The notes beneath the pieces were generated by a model. The model saw only the letters and a program-made list of their open reading frames with translations. It was not told the origin of the DNA and ran no database searches. Positions 30,948 through 41,130 of a DNA stretch of 64,000 bases are shown in pieces (position 1 is the first letter of the stretch; every line of letters starts with the position of its first letter). This DNA is from Candidatus Hadarchaeota archaeon (GTDB lineage: Archaea; Hadarchaeota; Hadarchaeia; Hadarchaeales; JAGGTB01). The translations under genes were made by a program, and so were the position numbers. The stretch is taken from the NCBI GenBank assembly GCA_964384105.1, contig CAYLJV010000003.1:150307-214306 (forward strand), read 5' to 3'.

Positions 30948-32162
30948 TCAGCTTATGATTCCGTAGCCAATTAGTCTCCATCTTCCGCTTATTCTCCTGC
31001 TGATGGCGACTCGGTCTTCTTCTTCTGCGGCTACAGAAAGTTTTAGTTCAATGTCTGCTTCGGACCCCCGCGCACTAGTAACTCTCCCTACGCTTGTTGC
31101 GGTTCCGACGTTGAGCATCAGGGGTTCGTTTGTTCGTAGAGGTTCTACTTCCGTCTCTTCATCCATCCCTACAACCTTTTTCAGAAGGTTAACTTGGATA
31201 ATCATTTCATTTATTGGTTCTGGCAGAGTATCGGGTGCACCTGCGATAGAACCTGCAAGATTATCGGATTTAGTATACGAGGGATCTAGATTTGTTCCTA
31301 GACCTATTAGTCCACCGGGGCCTGCTTCTTTAACTGAACGATTTCCTTTGCGTAAACTAACGATTTTCGATTTCAATGGTTCCCAGAAGGTTTTTCCTTT
31401 TCTATCAACTTCTACTCCAGGTCTTATCTCTACCTCGCTCCCGACTTTCCATTTTCCCCAGCGTAGACTCCCTCCGATTATTCCACCAACTAAGTCTTCT
31501 GGTTTAGTACCTGGTTTATTCACGTCGAAGGATCTAGCTATTTGCATTCTTGGGGGTTTTGAAAGGTCTCGGTTAGGAGTGGGGATGTTTGCTTCTACAG
31601 CTTTTATTACTTTATCTACGTTTACGCCATGTACAGCGGAAACTGGGATGATTGGTGCTTCCTCAGCTATTGTGCCTTTTAAAAAATTCTTTATTTCTTC
31701 GTAATTTTTTATAACTTCTGATCGAGGAACTAGGTCTATCTTGTTTTGTACGATTACGATATTTTCGACACCGATTACTTCCAGCCCTTTTAAGTGCTCT
31801 TTGGTTTGGGGTTGTGGGCAAGGTTCATCTGCTGCTATTACTAGGACAGCTCCGTCCATTATAGCAGCTCCTGATAGCATTGTTGCCATCAGGGTTTCGT
31901 GTCCTGGGGCATCTACGAACGATATTTTCCTAAGTAACTTGGTTTCCCCTCCACATTTTGGACACTCTTTTTCTACAGTGTAATATTCACAATCTTTGCA
32001 TTTCCTAAAAGTCGTATCTGCGTATCCTAGACGGATGGATACCCCTCTTCTTAATTCTTCACTGTGTCTATCGGTCCAAACTCCCGAAAGCGCTTCAGTT
32101 AGGGTAGTCTTCCCGTGGTCGACATGACCGATCATTCCTAAGTTGAGGTGTGGAATTGCCAA
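30948..32162 (-). CDS. eif2g: Translation initiation factor aIF2 gamma
   Basis: [36 protein letters not shown]; TTG start after AAGGTGA. Confidence 0.98.
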   Translation of the reverse strand: MAIPHLNLGMIGHVDHGKTTLTEALSGVWTDRHSEELRRGVSIRLGYADTTFRKCKDCEYYTVEKECPKCGGETKLLRKISFVDAPGHETLMATMLSGAAIMDGAVLVIAADEPCPQPQTKEHLKGLEVIGVENIVIVQNKIDLVPRSEVIKNYEEIKNFLKGTIAEEAPIIPVSAVHGVNVDKVIKAVEANIPTPNRDLSKPPRMQIARSFDVNKPGTKPEDLVGGIIGGSLRWGKWKVGSEVEIRPGVEVDRKGKTFWEPLKSKIVSLRKGNRSVKEAGPGGLIGLGTNLDPSYTKSDNLAGSIAGAPDTLPEPINEMIIQVNLLKKVVGMDEETEVEPLRTNEPLMLNVGTATSVGRVTSARGSEADIELKLSVAAEEEDRVAISRRISGRWRLIGYGIIS

Positions 32163-32244
32163 GTCTTTCACCTTCAATACAATTTTTCAGTAGTAGGTAT
32201 AAAAGTAGTGTGAACGTATTATTAGCAATTTCTCTTTATTGGTT

Positions 32245-32796
32245 TCAACCCTCTGAACTTACCGTAAGTTTAAAAACTTTTTCGTCTGTTTTCTCCCCGT
32301 TTGCTAATATGACAGTTTTAATCTCAATGGTTGTGGATATTGTACCGGAATATAGTTCGCTTTTAATTTCGAAAGTATAAGTCCTAGTGCTTTCTAACTC
32401 TCCCAGACCCAGGGGGTCAGAAACAATTAGGATATATTCGGTGTCTTCTTCGCTTATGTACTGAGTTAAGTGCTCGTATTTGACTCGAGGATTTATTGGA
32501 TTTATCTTTATTTTTGGGGATAAGGTAGAGATTCTTATTTCAAGATTTTCGTAAAACCTTTTGCTCGAATTTAATATTTCCAATCTCATTAAGGTGTTTT
32601 CTTCGGGTGAAATCTTTTCGTCTACTAGTTCTGATAGAGAAAAGTGAGGTTCTGTTTGCAGCTTAACATCATTCTCTCCTCCGAAACCAGTATAATTTAT
32701 TGTGACTATTACTCCGGCTACTATAGCTAAAACTATTATTCCGATTATAACCCATCTAAATTTGCTAGTTTCATCTCTGGAAGAGGTTGGCCTCAT
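32245..32796 (-). CDS. Membrane-anchored/secreted hypothetical protein (beta-rich, Ig-like?)
   Basis: Single N-terminal TM followed by a beta-strand-rich domain; inserted between rps6e and eif2g. Confidence 0.7.
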   Translation of the reverse strand: MRPTSSRDETSKFRWVIIGIIVLAIVAGVIVTINYTGFGGENDVKLQTEPHFSLSELVDEKISPEENTLMRLEILNSSKRFYENLEIRISTLSPKIKINPINPRVKYEHLTQYISEEDTEYILIVSDPLGLGELESTRTYTFEIKSELYSGTISTTIEIKTVILANGEKTDEKVFKLTVSSEG

Positions 32797-32822
32797 GTGA
32801 ACTCACTTTTAATAATTAGAGC

Positions 32823-33230
32823 TTATTCCTCTTCACTTTTTTCCAATTCTTCTGTTTCAAGTCCGATAATTTCTTCTATCGATTCTTTCCCTTTTTTCAC
32901 TATCTTTGTATTTAATTGAGCTATTTTCTCTGATACCCTATTTCCTCTGACGGTCTTTCTTTTTCTTTCTCCATTTCTTTTGGGTTTATATCCGGTTCCA
33001 CTACTAAGAAGTGCTCTAGTTCTGCCTTCGCCTCTCACGTCCGGCCGCATTGCAAATCCTTCTTCATCAGACCCGCCGGTTATTTTTAGCTCATATCCAG
33101 GAAGGCCTACGTCTTCTCCATTGATTTTGTCACCTATCCTCAGGCCTACTAGCTTTCTTAATTGGGAATCTTCTGGTTCTATTTGATAGGCCTTCCCTTC
33201 TTCCGGATCAGAAACAACTAATCTAGTCAT
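32823..33230 (-). CDS. rps6e: 30S ribosomal protein S6e
   Basis: LKITGGSDEEGFAMRPDV, GERKRKTVRGN. Confidence 0.97.
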   Translation of the reverse strand: MTRLVVSDPEEGKAYQIEPEDSQLRKLVGLRIGDKINGEDVGLPGYELKITGGSDEEGFAMRPDVRGEGRTRALLSSGTGYKPKRNGERKRKTVRGNRVSEKIAQLNTKIVKKGKESIEEIIGLETEELEKSEEE

Positions 33231-33233
33231 TTT

Positions 33234-35027
33234 TTACATAACTCCATAGGTAGGATTATTCTTTTGTTTTATAGTTATTATTTCTTCCATGACTGCTTTT
33301 TCGTCGTCAGTAAGCATTTCTGATAGTTCTTTTAATTTCATTATATCTCTTGGGGGGATGTCAGTATATAGTACGTCTCCCTCTTTAATCTGACGTCCTA
33401 TTGTTGGACCTTCTATTGAAAAAGCTACTTCATCTCCGCTTTTTGCTTCGCTCTTTGTTTCTTTTTCGCTCTGGATTTCCCTGACTATACCAACTCGTTC
33501 CCCGTCTTTTTTCATAATGGGGACGTCTGGTTTTAAAATTCCACCAAGAATGTCCACTCCTACTACAGCTGGTTGGCTTTTTCTAAAGACATACCCTAGT
33601 TTTATTGTGAACTTTCCCGGTCTGATTAGCTCTTTTAGCTTTTCTCGACGCAGTTTTTCTTTCTCTTTTTCTACCCATTCTTCATACTCTTCGATCAGGC
33701 GATAGATAACATCATTCTCGATTATTTTTACATCTCTGTTTTTCGCTTCTTCCTTTGCATGTTTTGGAATATCGACATTGAATGCGAGTATTACTCCTAA
33801 GAATGGATCATCCTCTGCAACGGCGCTTGCTTCAACAACATTTTGACGTGTTATGTCACCAATATCTCCGTGTTTGATTGGAATATCACTTGATTCTAGT
33901 TGGGTTTCTAAAGCTTCTAGGGACCCTAACGTGTCAGCCTTTACGATTATTCCCTTTTCATCTTTTTGAATTCTAACGCTTTCCAGCCTCTTTTTTACCA
34001 ATTGGCAGAATTCTTGGAGGTCTTTATCTGACTCGATTACTCTTAGGGGTGCTCCCGCAACTACCTCTTCAATGTCTGGTGCAGCTATCTTTACACCTGC
34101 TGCTGCAGTAACATAATTTTTTTGCTCGAATTTTTCCTGCGGGTCTCTTATTTCATCTAGAGGTTTTGGTTGCAAAAGGGCTCTTACTTTAGTGACAATT
34201 ACTTTTCCGAGTCCTCCGACTGCTATTTTGTCCTGTGTTGAAATCTTTCCATCGTAGATTATCGTATCTATGGTTTTGCCTAGCCCCCTTTCTTTCTTGA
34301 CTTCTAGAACTGTTCCTTTTGCCGGCCCTGTTACTTCCACACTTAATTCTTTCTTCATGAAAGTCTGAGCTAAACCGGTTAAAATGGCTAGGAGTTCGGG
34401 GATTCCTTCACCAGTTTTTGCACTTGTGGGGACTATTCCAATTTGCTTTCGGAAGTTTTCAAGCCGATCGAAACGTTCGGAATTAAAGCCATAATCGTTA
34501 AGTTTCCCTATCAGTTCGTATGTTCTTTTATCAAGATCCGTCTGTACCCGTGTGTTTTGTTCAGGTATGCTTTCTAAAAAACAAGCATTGTTCATGGGTT
34601 TCCAGCCGGGTATTAAATCAATTTTGTTTGCCGCGACCACGAACGGAGTTTTGTTTTCTTTAATGTAGTTTATCGATTCTATGGTTTGAGGTTGGAAACC
34701 TTGTGTAATATCTACGACAAGAACAGCAAGGTCTGCTAGGGCTCCACCACGGCTTCTAAGGTTGGCAAATGCTTCATGCCCAGGAGTATCTATAAAAAGA
34801 AGGCCGGGGAGATCTACTTTTTCCTTTGCAAATTTTTTGAGAAATCCTCCGCATATCCCTTTCACTGTTTCTACGGGTATTCCTGTAGCTCCTATATGCT
34901 GAGTGATGGCTCCAGCTTCTCTACTGGCTACGGTTGTCCCTCTTATTTTGTCTAATAGGAGGGTTTTTCCATGGTCGACATGACCTAATACTGAGATTAT
35001 TGGTTGACGGATATTTTTTTCTGTCAT
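33234..35027 (-). CDS. infB: Translation initiation factor aIF5B (IF-2)
   Basis: [35 protein letters not shown]; no intein seen. Confidence 0.98.
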   Translation of the reverse strand: MTEKNIRQPIISVLGHVDHGKTLLLDKIRGTTVASREAGAITQHIGATGIPVETVKGICGGFLKKFAKEKVDLPGLLFIDTPGHEAFANLRSRGGALADLAVLVVDITQGFQPQTIESINYIKENKTPFVVAANKIDLIPGWKPMNNACFLESIPEQNTRVQTDLDKRTYELIGKLNDYGFNSERFDRLENFRKQIGIVPTSAKTGEGIPELLAILTGLAQTFMKKELSVEVTGPAKGTVLEVKKERGLGKTIDTIIYDGKISTQDKIAVGGLGKVIVTKVRALLQPKPLDEIRDPQEKFEQKNYVTAAAGVKIAAPDIEEVVAGAPLRVIESDKDLQEFCQLVKKRLESVRIQKDEKGIIVKADTLGSLEALETQLESSDIPIKHGDIGDITRQNVVEASAVAEDDPFLGVILAFNVDIPKHAKEEAKNRDVKIIENDVIYRLIEEYEEWVEKEKEKLRREKLKELIRPGKFTIKLGYVFRKSQPAVVGVDILGGILKPDVPIMKKDGERVGIVREIQSEKETKSEAKSGDEVAFSIEGPTIGRQIKEGDVLYTDIPPRDIMKLKELSEMLTDDEKAVMEEIITIKQKNNPTYGVM

Positions 35028-35146
35028 GGTTTTTCTAAAAAGTAAAGCTCTTAAAAATTAAAAAGATATCACTCCTTGAATCCTGTTTAATCTTAATTAG
35101 TAGGTCGTAAGCGAATAATCCGATTAAATAGACCTGAGCGAATGCT

Positions 35147-35329
35147 TTAAATGGATTCCCTAGATTTTTTGGTCCACTTTAGCCTCTCTGGTTTTCTACC
35201 AAGTTCCATGTTTTTCTCGCATTTGCTGGAGCAGAGATAGAGTATTGTTCCATCGTTCTTAACGAGCATTAATCCCTCGCCGGGGGTTATTTTTTCTCCA
35301 CAAAACGAGCAAGTTTTTGAAGACGGCAA
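35147..35329 (-). CDS. rpl24e: 50S ribosomal protein L24e
   Basis: [21 protein letters not shown]. Confidence 0.97.
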   Translation of the reverse strand: MPSSKTCSFCGEKITPGEGLMLVKNDGTILYLCSSKCEKNMELGRKPERLKWTKKSRESI

Positions 35330-35331
35330 TT

Positions 35332-35547
35332 TTACGGCACCCTAATTTCTCTAGCTTCTCTTTCTACTTCTCGTAGCATAAGTGTGTCCCCTATTCTGAC
35401 TGGTCCTTTTATATTCCTAGTGATTATTCTACCTTTATCTCTGCCTTCTAGTATCCTACCTTTTACTTGCATAATCTCTCCAGTAGCACCTGTTCTGCCT
35501 CGAACTTCAATAACTTCTACAGGGATGCTTTCATCCTCTTCTGGCAT
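35332..35547 (-). CDS. rps28e: 30S ribosomal protein S28e
   Basis: [26 protein letters not shown]. Confidence 0.97.
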   Translation of the reverse strand: MPEEDESIPVEVIEVRGRTGATGEIMQVKGRILEGRDKGRIITRNIKGPVRIGDTLMLREVEREAREIRVP

Positions 35548-35555
35548 TTAGAGAT

Positions 35556-35930
35556 TCACTCCTTTATTTTTTCAAGTTCGGCAATAACGGCTTCTAATTC
35601 TTCTTCCGCTTCTCCGGCATTTACGACAGCTACAGAGGCTGCAGAAACCTCTATTCCTGCTGCAGAGCCAAGTTCTCTTTTATTTGGTACGTAACCATAT
35701 GGTACTTCTCTTTCCTCACAGAGGGGGGGTAAGAAAGCCAGTATTTCAGGCGGTTCTACATCTTCGGCCATTACTACTAGTTTTACGTTTCCTCTTTCTA
35801 CAGCTTTTGTGGTTTCATTAGTACCCTTTTGCACGTCGCCTTTGTCTCTAGCAGCTTCTACTACTTCGTAAATCCGGTCTGCCAATTCTCTTGAAACATC
35901 AAATTTTACATACATTGGTTTTTCTGCCAC
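35556..35930 (-). CDS. rpl7ae: 50S ribosomal protein L7Ae
   Basis: [29 protein letters not shown]. Confidence 0.98.
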   Translation of the reverse strand: MAEKPMYVKFDVSRELADRIYEVVEAARDKGDVQKGTNETTKAVERGNVKLVVMAEDVEPPEILAFLPPLCEEREVPYGYVPNKRELGSAAGIEVSAASVAVVNAGEAEEELEAVIAELEKIKE

Positions 35931-35937
35931 AGTCCAG

Positions 35938-36012
35938 CACCTCCTTCAATTTTATTCATCAATCATCGCACTGTGTGGCTTTGTACAATTAAGGAGTAAG
36001 CTTTATTTATAA
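35938..36012 (-). promoter_or_regulatory. rpl7ae promoter and leader with box C/D-like (K-turn) elements next to the SD
   Basis: Minus strand: TTATAAAT TATA-like box, then GATGATTGATGAATAAAATTGAAGGAGGTG. Confidence 0.45.
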
Positions 36013-36017
36013 TTTTT

Positions 36018-37712
36018 TTATGAGTGCGTGTATACTCCTCTCACCTTTGGTTCAATCTCATCAATACTAATAAAACCATACCGTTCAAATTGAATTATTT
36101 CACCTTTAGAGAGGTTTTTTACTTCAGGCTCTGCGTAACCTTTCTTTTTGTCGCCGGTTGGTTCTAATACTTCGACCTCGATGGGATTTTTTGAGACCCA
36201 TTGTATTTTGGGAACATCTAATAGCTCGAAGCTTTTGAAGTTAGCTTCTAGAGGTTTTATGGAGGTTAATTCAAAGTTTAGTAAATCTTTAAGTCTTACT
36301 ATATCTCCTAATCCCATCTTATCAACATCTTTTTTTGAGATCCACACGATGAGTTTGCCATCATCTCTTTCTAACGGGAGTGTTCTTTTTCCTCTTTCTT
36401 CGCGGTCGGGATGTAGTCTCAATCGTGCCTCTTTCTTGTCGGGAACATTTTTGATAAGCAATCGTTCAGGTTGTGGAACAAAAAAGTACCGATTTGCTTT
36501 TTCATCTATGATCTTTCTATTTTTTGAATATAGAGTGTCCCAGCTTAGAGTTGAATCTGTTTTTGTTATTCCAATGTCTATAACTACATCTCTTAGGGCC
36601 TGTGGGACTATTCCCCTCCTTCTCATAGCTGCTACAGTGCCTAGTCTTACGTCATCATATCCTTCGTAAATTCTTTCTCTGATTCCATTCATTATCTTGG
36701 TTTTGCTTAGAACCGTTTCAGTGACTGCTAATCTTCCGTGCTGAAGAGCGGTTGGATATTTCCATCCTAGATGTTCGAAGAGTTGTCTTTGCCTCTGTTC
36801 GTTGACTTCGTGTTCCTTCCCCCGAAGCACGTGAGTTATTCCCATCTTGTAATCATCAATTGCAACAGAAAAATTGTAAAGTGGCCAAACTCTATACTTA
36901 TCTCCGGTTTTGGGATGAGTTTTGGAAACTATTCTGAAAGCGGGCCAGTCACGTAATGCAGGATTGGGATTTTTGAGATCCGTTTTAATTCTACCTACTG
37001 CTTCTTTTTCTTTGAAGGAACCACCCAGCATTTTTTCCCATTTGGACAAATTTTCCTTTTTAGAAGTTCCTCTACAGGGGCAGGCGTTTTTCCGATCTCT
37101 AAGTTTTTTGAATTTATTGGGAGGACAAGTACAGATGTAAGCTTTTCCTTCTTCTAGAAGTTGCTCGATATATTGATAATATATTTCCATTCTTTGGGAT
37201 TGTATATACTCTTCGTCCCAGGTTATTTCCAGCCATTTCAGGTCATTCCTTATGAAATCGTACATGTCTTCTTTTGCATTCTCGGGGTTTGTGTCTTCGA
37301 AACGAAGTATGAACTTTCCGTTGTTTCTTACTGCATATTCGTGGGAAAGTACCGCGGTTCTTACGTGGCCTAGATGTAGTGGTCCATTAGGGTTTGGGGC
37401 AAAACGAGTCACGATATTTTCATATTTATCCCGCTCTGGTAGCTCTGAGAGCCCTTCCTTCTTTTCTTTCTCTATTCTTTCGGGACTTCCTAACCTTTCC
37501 AGCTCTGATTCTTGTTCTTTAACTGATAATCTGTTTATTTCTTTTACTGATTTTTCGATGTTTTCTTTTAGCTCCTTGATCTTTGATTTGAGTTCAGGTT
37601 TTTCTGCAATTAGTTTTCCTATTACTGCATTAGTATTGGCAGTGCCCCCATGTTCAAGGGCATTGGCTAGAGTCCATTGTCGTATTAGCGTTTTATTCTC
37701 TTCTTCTACCAT
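36018..37712 (-). CDS. gltX: Glutamyl-tRNA synthetase (archaeal, non-discriminating type)
   Basis: RFAPNPNGPLHLGH, LRFEDTNP, ITHVLRGKEH, LSKT, QFERYGF. Confidence 0.97.
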   Translation of the reverse strand: MVEEENKTLIRQWTLANALEHGGTANTNAVIGKLIAEKPELKSKIKELKENIEKSVKEINRLSVKEQESELERLGSPERIEKEKKEGLSELPERDKYENIVTRFAPNPNGPLHLGHVRTAVLSHEYAVRNNGKFILRFEDTNPENAKEDMYDFIRNDLKWLEITWDEEYIQSQRMEIYYQYIEQLLEEGKAYICTCPPNKFKKLRDRKNACPCRGTSKKENLSKWEKMLGGSFKEKEAVGRIKTDLKNPNPALRDWPAFRIVSKTHPKTGDKYRVWPLYNFSVAIDDYKMGITHVLRGKEHEVNEQRQRQLFEHLGWKYPTALQHGRLAVTETVLSKTKIMNGIRERIYEGYDDVRLGTVAAMRRRGIVPQALRDVVIDIGITKTDSTLSWDTLYSKNRKIIDEKANRYFFVPQPERLLIKNVPDKKEARLRLHPDREERGKRTLPLERDDGKLIVWISKKDVDKMGLGDIVRLKDLLNFELTSIKPLEANFKSFELLDVPKIQWVSKNPIEVEVLEPTGDKKKGYAEPEVKNLSKGEIIQFERYGFISIDEIEPKVRGVYTHS

Positions 37713-37718
37713 TTCTAC

Positions 37719-38717
37719 CTATAGCTCCCTTTCAATAGAAAAGTCAGCAAGTTCGATGAGAAATTCTTTAGCTTCTGAATCCGGCAGTATTTCAAGTTCT
37801 TTCTTAGCCCTTTCTACTAATTTTCTAGCTTTTTCTTTAGCGAAGTCTATAGTCCCGGTTTTTTCAAATATCTGCATAGCCTTTTGTATTTCTTTATCTT
37901 TTGTTTCTTCTCTTTTCAGTATTTTGAGTAGAATTTTTTTGTCCGTTTCGGAGGCTTTCTCATAAGAATGAACGATCAAAAAGGTCCATTTTCCTTCTTG
38001 GATATCGCTTCCGATTGGCTTTCCAACTTTTTTTTGTTCCCCACATATCCCAAGAATGTCGTCATGTATTTGAAAAGCGATACCTAGTAGCTTACCATAC
38101 TCTGCGAGAGCTTTAATTTCTTCCTCACTCCCTCCACCAAGAATCGCGCCTATTTTTGTTGAAGCTTCTATTAGTGCTCCTGTTTTTTTCTCTACCATTT
38201 CTAGATACTCTGGTTCTCTAACTTTCTTTCTCTTTTCGAAATCAATATCTAAGGCTTGTCCCTGACAAATTTCGAAACTAGCTTTGCTCACCGTGTCAAA
38301 CAATTGAATTATTTTTTCGGGTTCTAGTTTTTGCTTTTTTGCATTTTTTGTTAGGCTTTCAAAAACCTTCGCAAAAAGGGCGTCTCCTGCTATAATTGCC
38401 ATTGCTTCACCCCAATTCGTATGAACTGTTTTTGTCCCCCTTCGAAAATCGTCTTTGTCCATTATGTCGTCGTGGATAAGAGTGAATGTATGTAGAACTT
38501 CAACTGCCGCTGCTGATTCTATTGCGTTTAGAGGATTTCCACCGACTGCCTCAGCCGAAGTGATCGTAAGAACCGGTCTAAGTCTTTTTCCACCAGCATC
38601 TATGAGATGTCTATTAGCTTCTCCTAGTCCTCGAGGTTTTGTGTCTTTTGGAATCAGTTTGTCAATTTCTTTATTGACTATTTTTGCTTTTTTTTGTAAA
38701 TAATCTAAAATGTCCAT
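37719..38717 (-). CDS. idsA: Geranylgeranyl diphosphate synthase
   Basis: GGKRLRP, HTFTLIHDDIMD, AFQIHDD. Confidence 0.93.
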   Translation of the reverse strand: MDILDYLQKKAKIVNKEIDKLIPKDTKPRGLGEANRHLIDAGGKRLRPVLTITSAEAVGGNPLNAIESAAAVEVLHTFTLIHDDIMDKDDFRRGTKTVHTNWGEAMAIIAGDALFAKVFESLTKNAKKQKLEPEKIIQLFDTVSKASFEICQGQALDIDFEKRKKVREPEYLEMVEKKTGALIEASTKIGAILGGGSEEEIKALAEYGKLLGIAFQIHDDILGICGEQKKVGKPIGSDIQEGKWTFLIVHSYEKASETDKKILLKILKREETKDKEIQKAMQIFEKTGTIDFAKEKARKLVERAKKELEILPDSEAKEFLIELADFSIEREL

Positions 38718-40043
38718 TTAAGCACCTAAGCGCAGTGTTTCTCCATTTCTCATCATATGTAATTGATTTTTTGAGTATCCTTCTTTTTGTCCGATATCTA
38801 TTACTGACTTCATTTTCTCTTTTGTACCGTGGAATGGGACAATATGATCGGGGCCTATCTTTTCTATTAGCTCTTTAGTCCCTGGTTTCCCTGCGTGCCC
38901 TGACACGTGAATATCTCGGTGAATATTCGCACCTTGGGCTTTGAGCTTTGCTTCTAAAAGTTTTCTGTTATACTTATTTGCAGGATTTGGTATTATAGAA
39001 GCGGAGAATATTATCTCATCTTTTGGTTTCACTTTGTATGGCTCTTTTCCATCGGCTATTCTTGAAAGGATAGAGTTTTGTTCTCCTTGATGGCCGGTAG
39101 TAATAACCACATATCCATCTCGACGCTTGTTTATTACTTTCAGAGCTTTTCTAATAGATTGGATGTGCCCGAGAATTTTTAGTTTAGAAGGAAAGTTGGT
39201 AAGTCCGAGTTCGTAAGCTATTTTACACTTATCTCTAAGAGATTTTCCCAATATTATCGGTTTTCGATCTACTTTGTATGAGATTTCTACTATCGTTTTT
39301 ATTCTTGCTATGTGTGAGGAAAATGCGGTAACGAATAGACCTTTGCCCCTCTCGGATGCTTTTTTCATGACTTCTTTAAGCATTTCTTTTGCATGAGATT
39401 CCGGAGGCGTAGGATTTGGTTCATCTGCCTTGACGGAGCAAATTAATGATATTACAGGTCCTTCGTCTTTCAAGTGCTCTAAGGACTTATAATCTGTGGA
39501 TAAGCCGACCATTTTAGAATTCTCAATTTTGAATCCGCCTACGCATAGGACGACTCCTTCTTTACTGTGGATTGCAGGAAAAGAGTTTTGAGGTATACTA
39601 TGAGCGCCGGGTATAAATTCAACTTGAAGGTTTTCTATCTCCACAGTCTTTCCGGGATCGATTTCCTTAATTTCATTTTTTATGTTGAATACTTTTTCTT
39701 CTCTGATTACTTTTTTAACTAGTTCTGAGGTGAAAGGAGTCGAGTAGATTGGTGCTTCGTAGTTACTAGCAAGTTTTCCAATCGCACCTATATGATCTAA
39801 GTGACCATGAGTTAGAATTATCCCAGAGATGTTCTTTGACTGTATTTTTGAATCATCTGGTATTCCACCTAGATTTATCAGTTCGTTTCTATCTAGAGAG
39901 CTAATACTTTCGTTTCCAGAGTTAACGACGCTGTCCATTTTTACCCCCATATCTACTATCAGATTAGTATCTCCTAAGGACAGGACCGTCATATTTTTTC
40001 CAATTTCGTCAGTACCACCAATCGGAGTGATTTCCACAGTCAA
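38718..40043 (-). CDS. rnj: RNase J-family beta-CASP nuclease (degenerate motif 4)
   Basis: IGKNMT, DMG, THGHLDH, HSIP, FSSHIAR, TGHQGE, HVSGH. Confidence 0.85.
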   Translation of the reverse strand: MTVEITPIGGTDEIGKNMTVLSLGDTNLIVDMGVKMDSVVNSGNESISSLDRNELINLGGIPDDSKIQSKNISGIILTHGHLDHIGAIGKLASNYEAPIYSTPFTSELVKKVIREEKVFNIKNEIKEIDPGKTVEIENLQVEFIPGAHSIPQNSFPAIHSKEGVVLCVGGFKIENSKMVGLSTDYKSLEHLKDEGPVISLICSVKADEPNPTPPESHAKEMLKEVMKKASERGKGLFVTAFSSHIARIKTIVEISYKVDRKPIILGKSLRDKCKIAYELGLTNFPSKLKILGHIQSIRKALKVINKRRDGYVVITTGHQGEQNSILSRIADGKEPYKVKPKDEIIFSASIIPNPANKYNRKLLEAKLKAQGANIHRDIHVSGHAGKPGTKELIEKIGPDHIVPFHGTKEKMKSVIDIGQKEGYSKNQLHMMRNGETLRLGA

Positions 40044-40047
40044 GTTT

Positions 40048-41130
40048 TCACCTCAAGTAAATTTTTGAATCGATTTCTCTGGAATTAAAATATTCTTTTG
40101 TTTTTCCAGTTATTATTAGAGAGGATTTTTGAAGTTCCTCTAAGTTTTTACATCCCGCCAAGAACATTGATACTCTAAGTTCTTCAATAAATTTTTCCAG
40201 CCATCTTATTACCTGATCCGTTCCTTCGTTCGCTGCTCGGAGTAACGGAAGCCCGATGCCTACTATATCCGCCCCGAGTGCAATGGCTTTCACAGCATCA
40301 ATGCCAGTTCTTATGCCACCACTTGAGATCACAGACACGTTCACAGATCTAGCTGTTTCTGCGGTAGAGATTGAAGTCGGGATTCCCCAATCCCACAGAG
40401 CATTCCCTAAACATTTTTTCGATTTTTTTCTCATGGATTCTACTCCTGCCCAACTAGTTCCCCCTACTCCACTCACATCAATTGCTTTTACTCCAGCTTT
40501 CACTAGCTTGCTTGCGATAGAACCGGTAATTCCCCCTCCTGTTTCTTTTGCGTATACGGGTGTTTTCAGTTTTGAGGCGATTTTTGAGATTTTACTTATG
40601 ATTTCCTTGAAATTGATGTCGCCATCAATTTGAATTGCTTCCTGTAGTGGATTAAAATGAAAGCCAAGGGCGTCTGCGTCGATCATTTCTATTGCTTTCT
40701 CAGCTTCTTCAATTCCATATCCTTGATTTAATTGAGTTGCACCGAGATTTCCTAAGAGTAAAATGTCTGGGGCAAGTTCTCTAACCTGGTAAGTTTCTTC
40801 TAGTTTGGAGTCTTCAATACCTGCTCTTTGGCTGCCCACTCCAAATCCTATATTTAGCTCCTGTGCGGCTTTTGCAAGGGCGAGATTGATCTTTTTGCCT
40901 CTTTTATGGCCCCCGGTCATTGGGCAGATTATAATTGGGGCGTTCAGTTCTTTTCCAAATAATGAGGATTTAATGGATACTTCTTCAAGATTTATCTCAG
41001 GTGCAGCTTGGTGGACCAAATCTATATCTTCAAATCCGGTCGTTTTATTACGAGATTCAATGTTTTCATTTAGACAAATTTCTATGTGATCTAGTTTCCT
41101 TTCAGAAGTTTCGTTACTCAGCTGCATCAC
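40048..41130 (-). CDS. fni: Type 2 isopentenyl-diphosphate isomerase
   Basis: RKLDHI, MTGG, GVGSQR, NPLQEAIQ, KETGGG, GGTSW; start uncertain (41130, 41127 or CTG 41121). Confidence 0.95.
   Translation of the reverse strand: MMQLSNETSERKLDHIEICLNENIESRNKTTGFEDIDLVHQAAPEINLEEVSIKSSLFGKELNAPIIICPMTGGHKRGKKINLALAKAAQELNIGFGVGSQRAGIEDSKLEETYQVRELAPDILLLGNLGATQLNQGYGIEEAEKAIEMIDADALGFHFNPLQEAIQIDGDINFKEIISKISKIASKLKTPVYAKETGGGITGSIASKLVKAGVKAIDVSGVGGTSWAGVESMRKKSKKCLGNALWDWGIPTSISTAETARSVNVSVISSGGIRTGIDAVKAIALGADIVGIGLPLLRAANEGTDQVIRWLEKFIEELRVSMFLAGCKNLEELQKSSLIITGKTKEYFNSREIDSKIYLR

Noticed and set aside
35100-35145. AGGTC...GACCT inverted repeat and GCGAAT duplication after rpl24e
   Set aside because: Short and imperfect; at most a terminator, with no ncRNA or ndk remnant recognisable.
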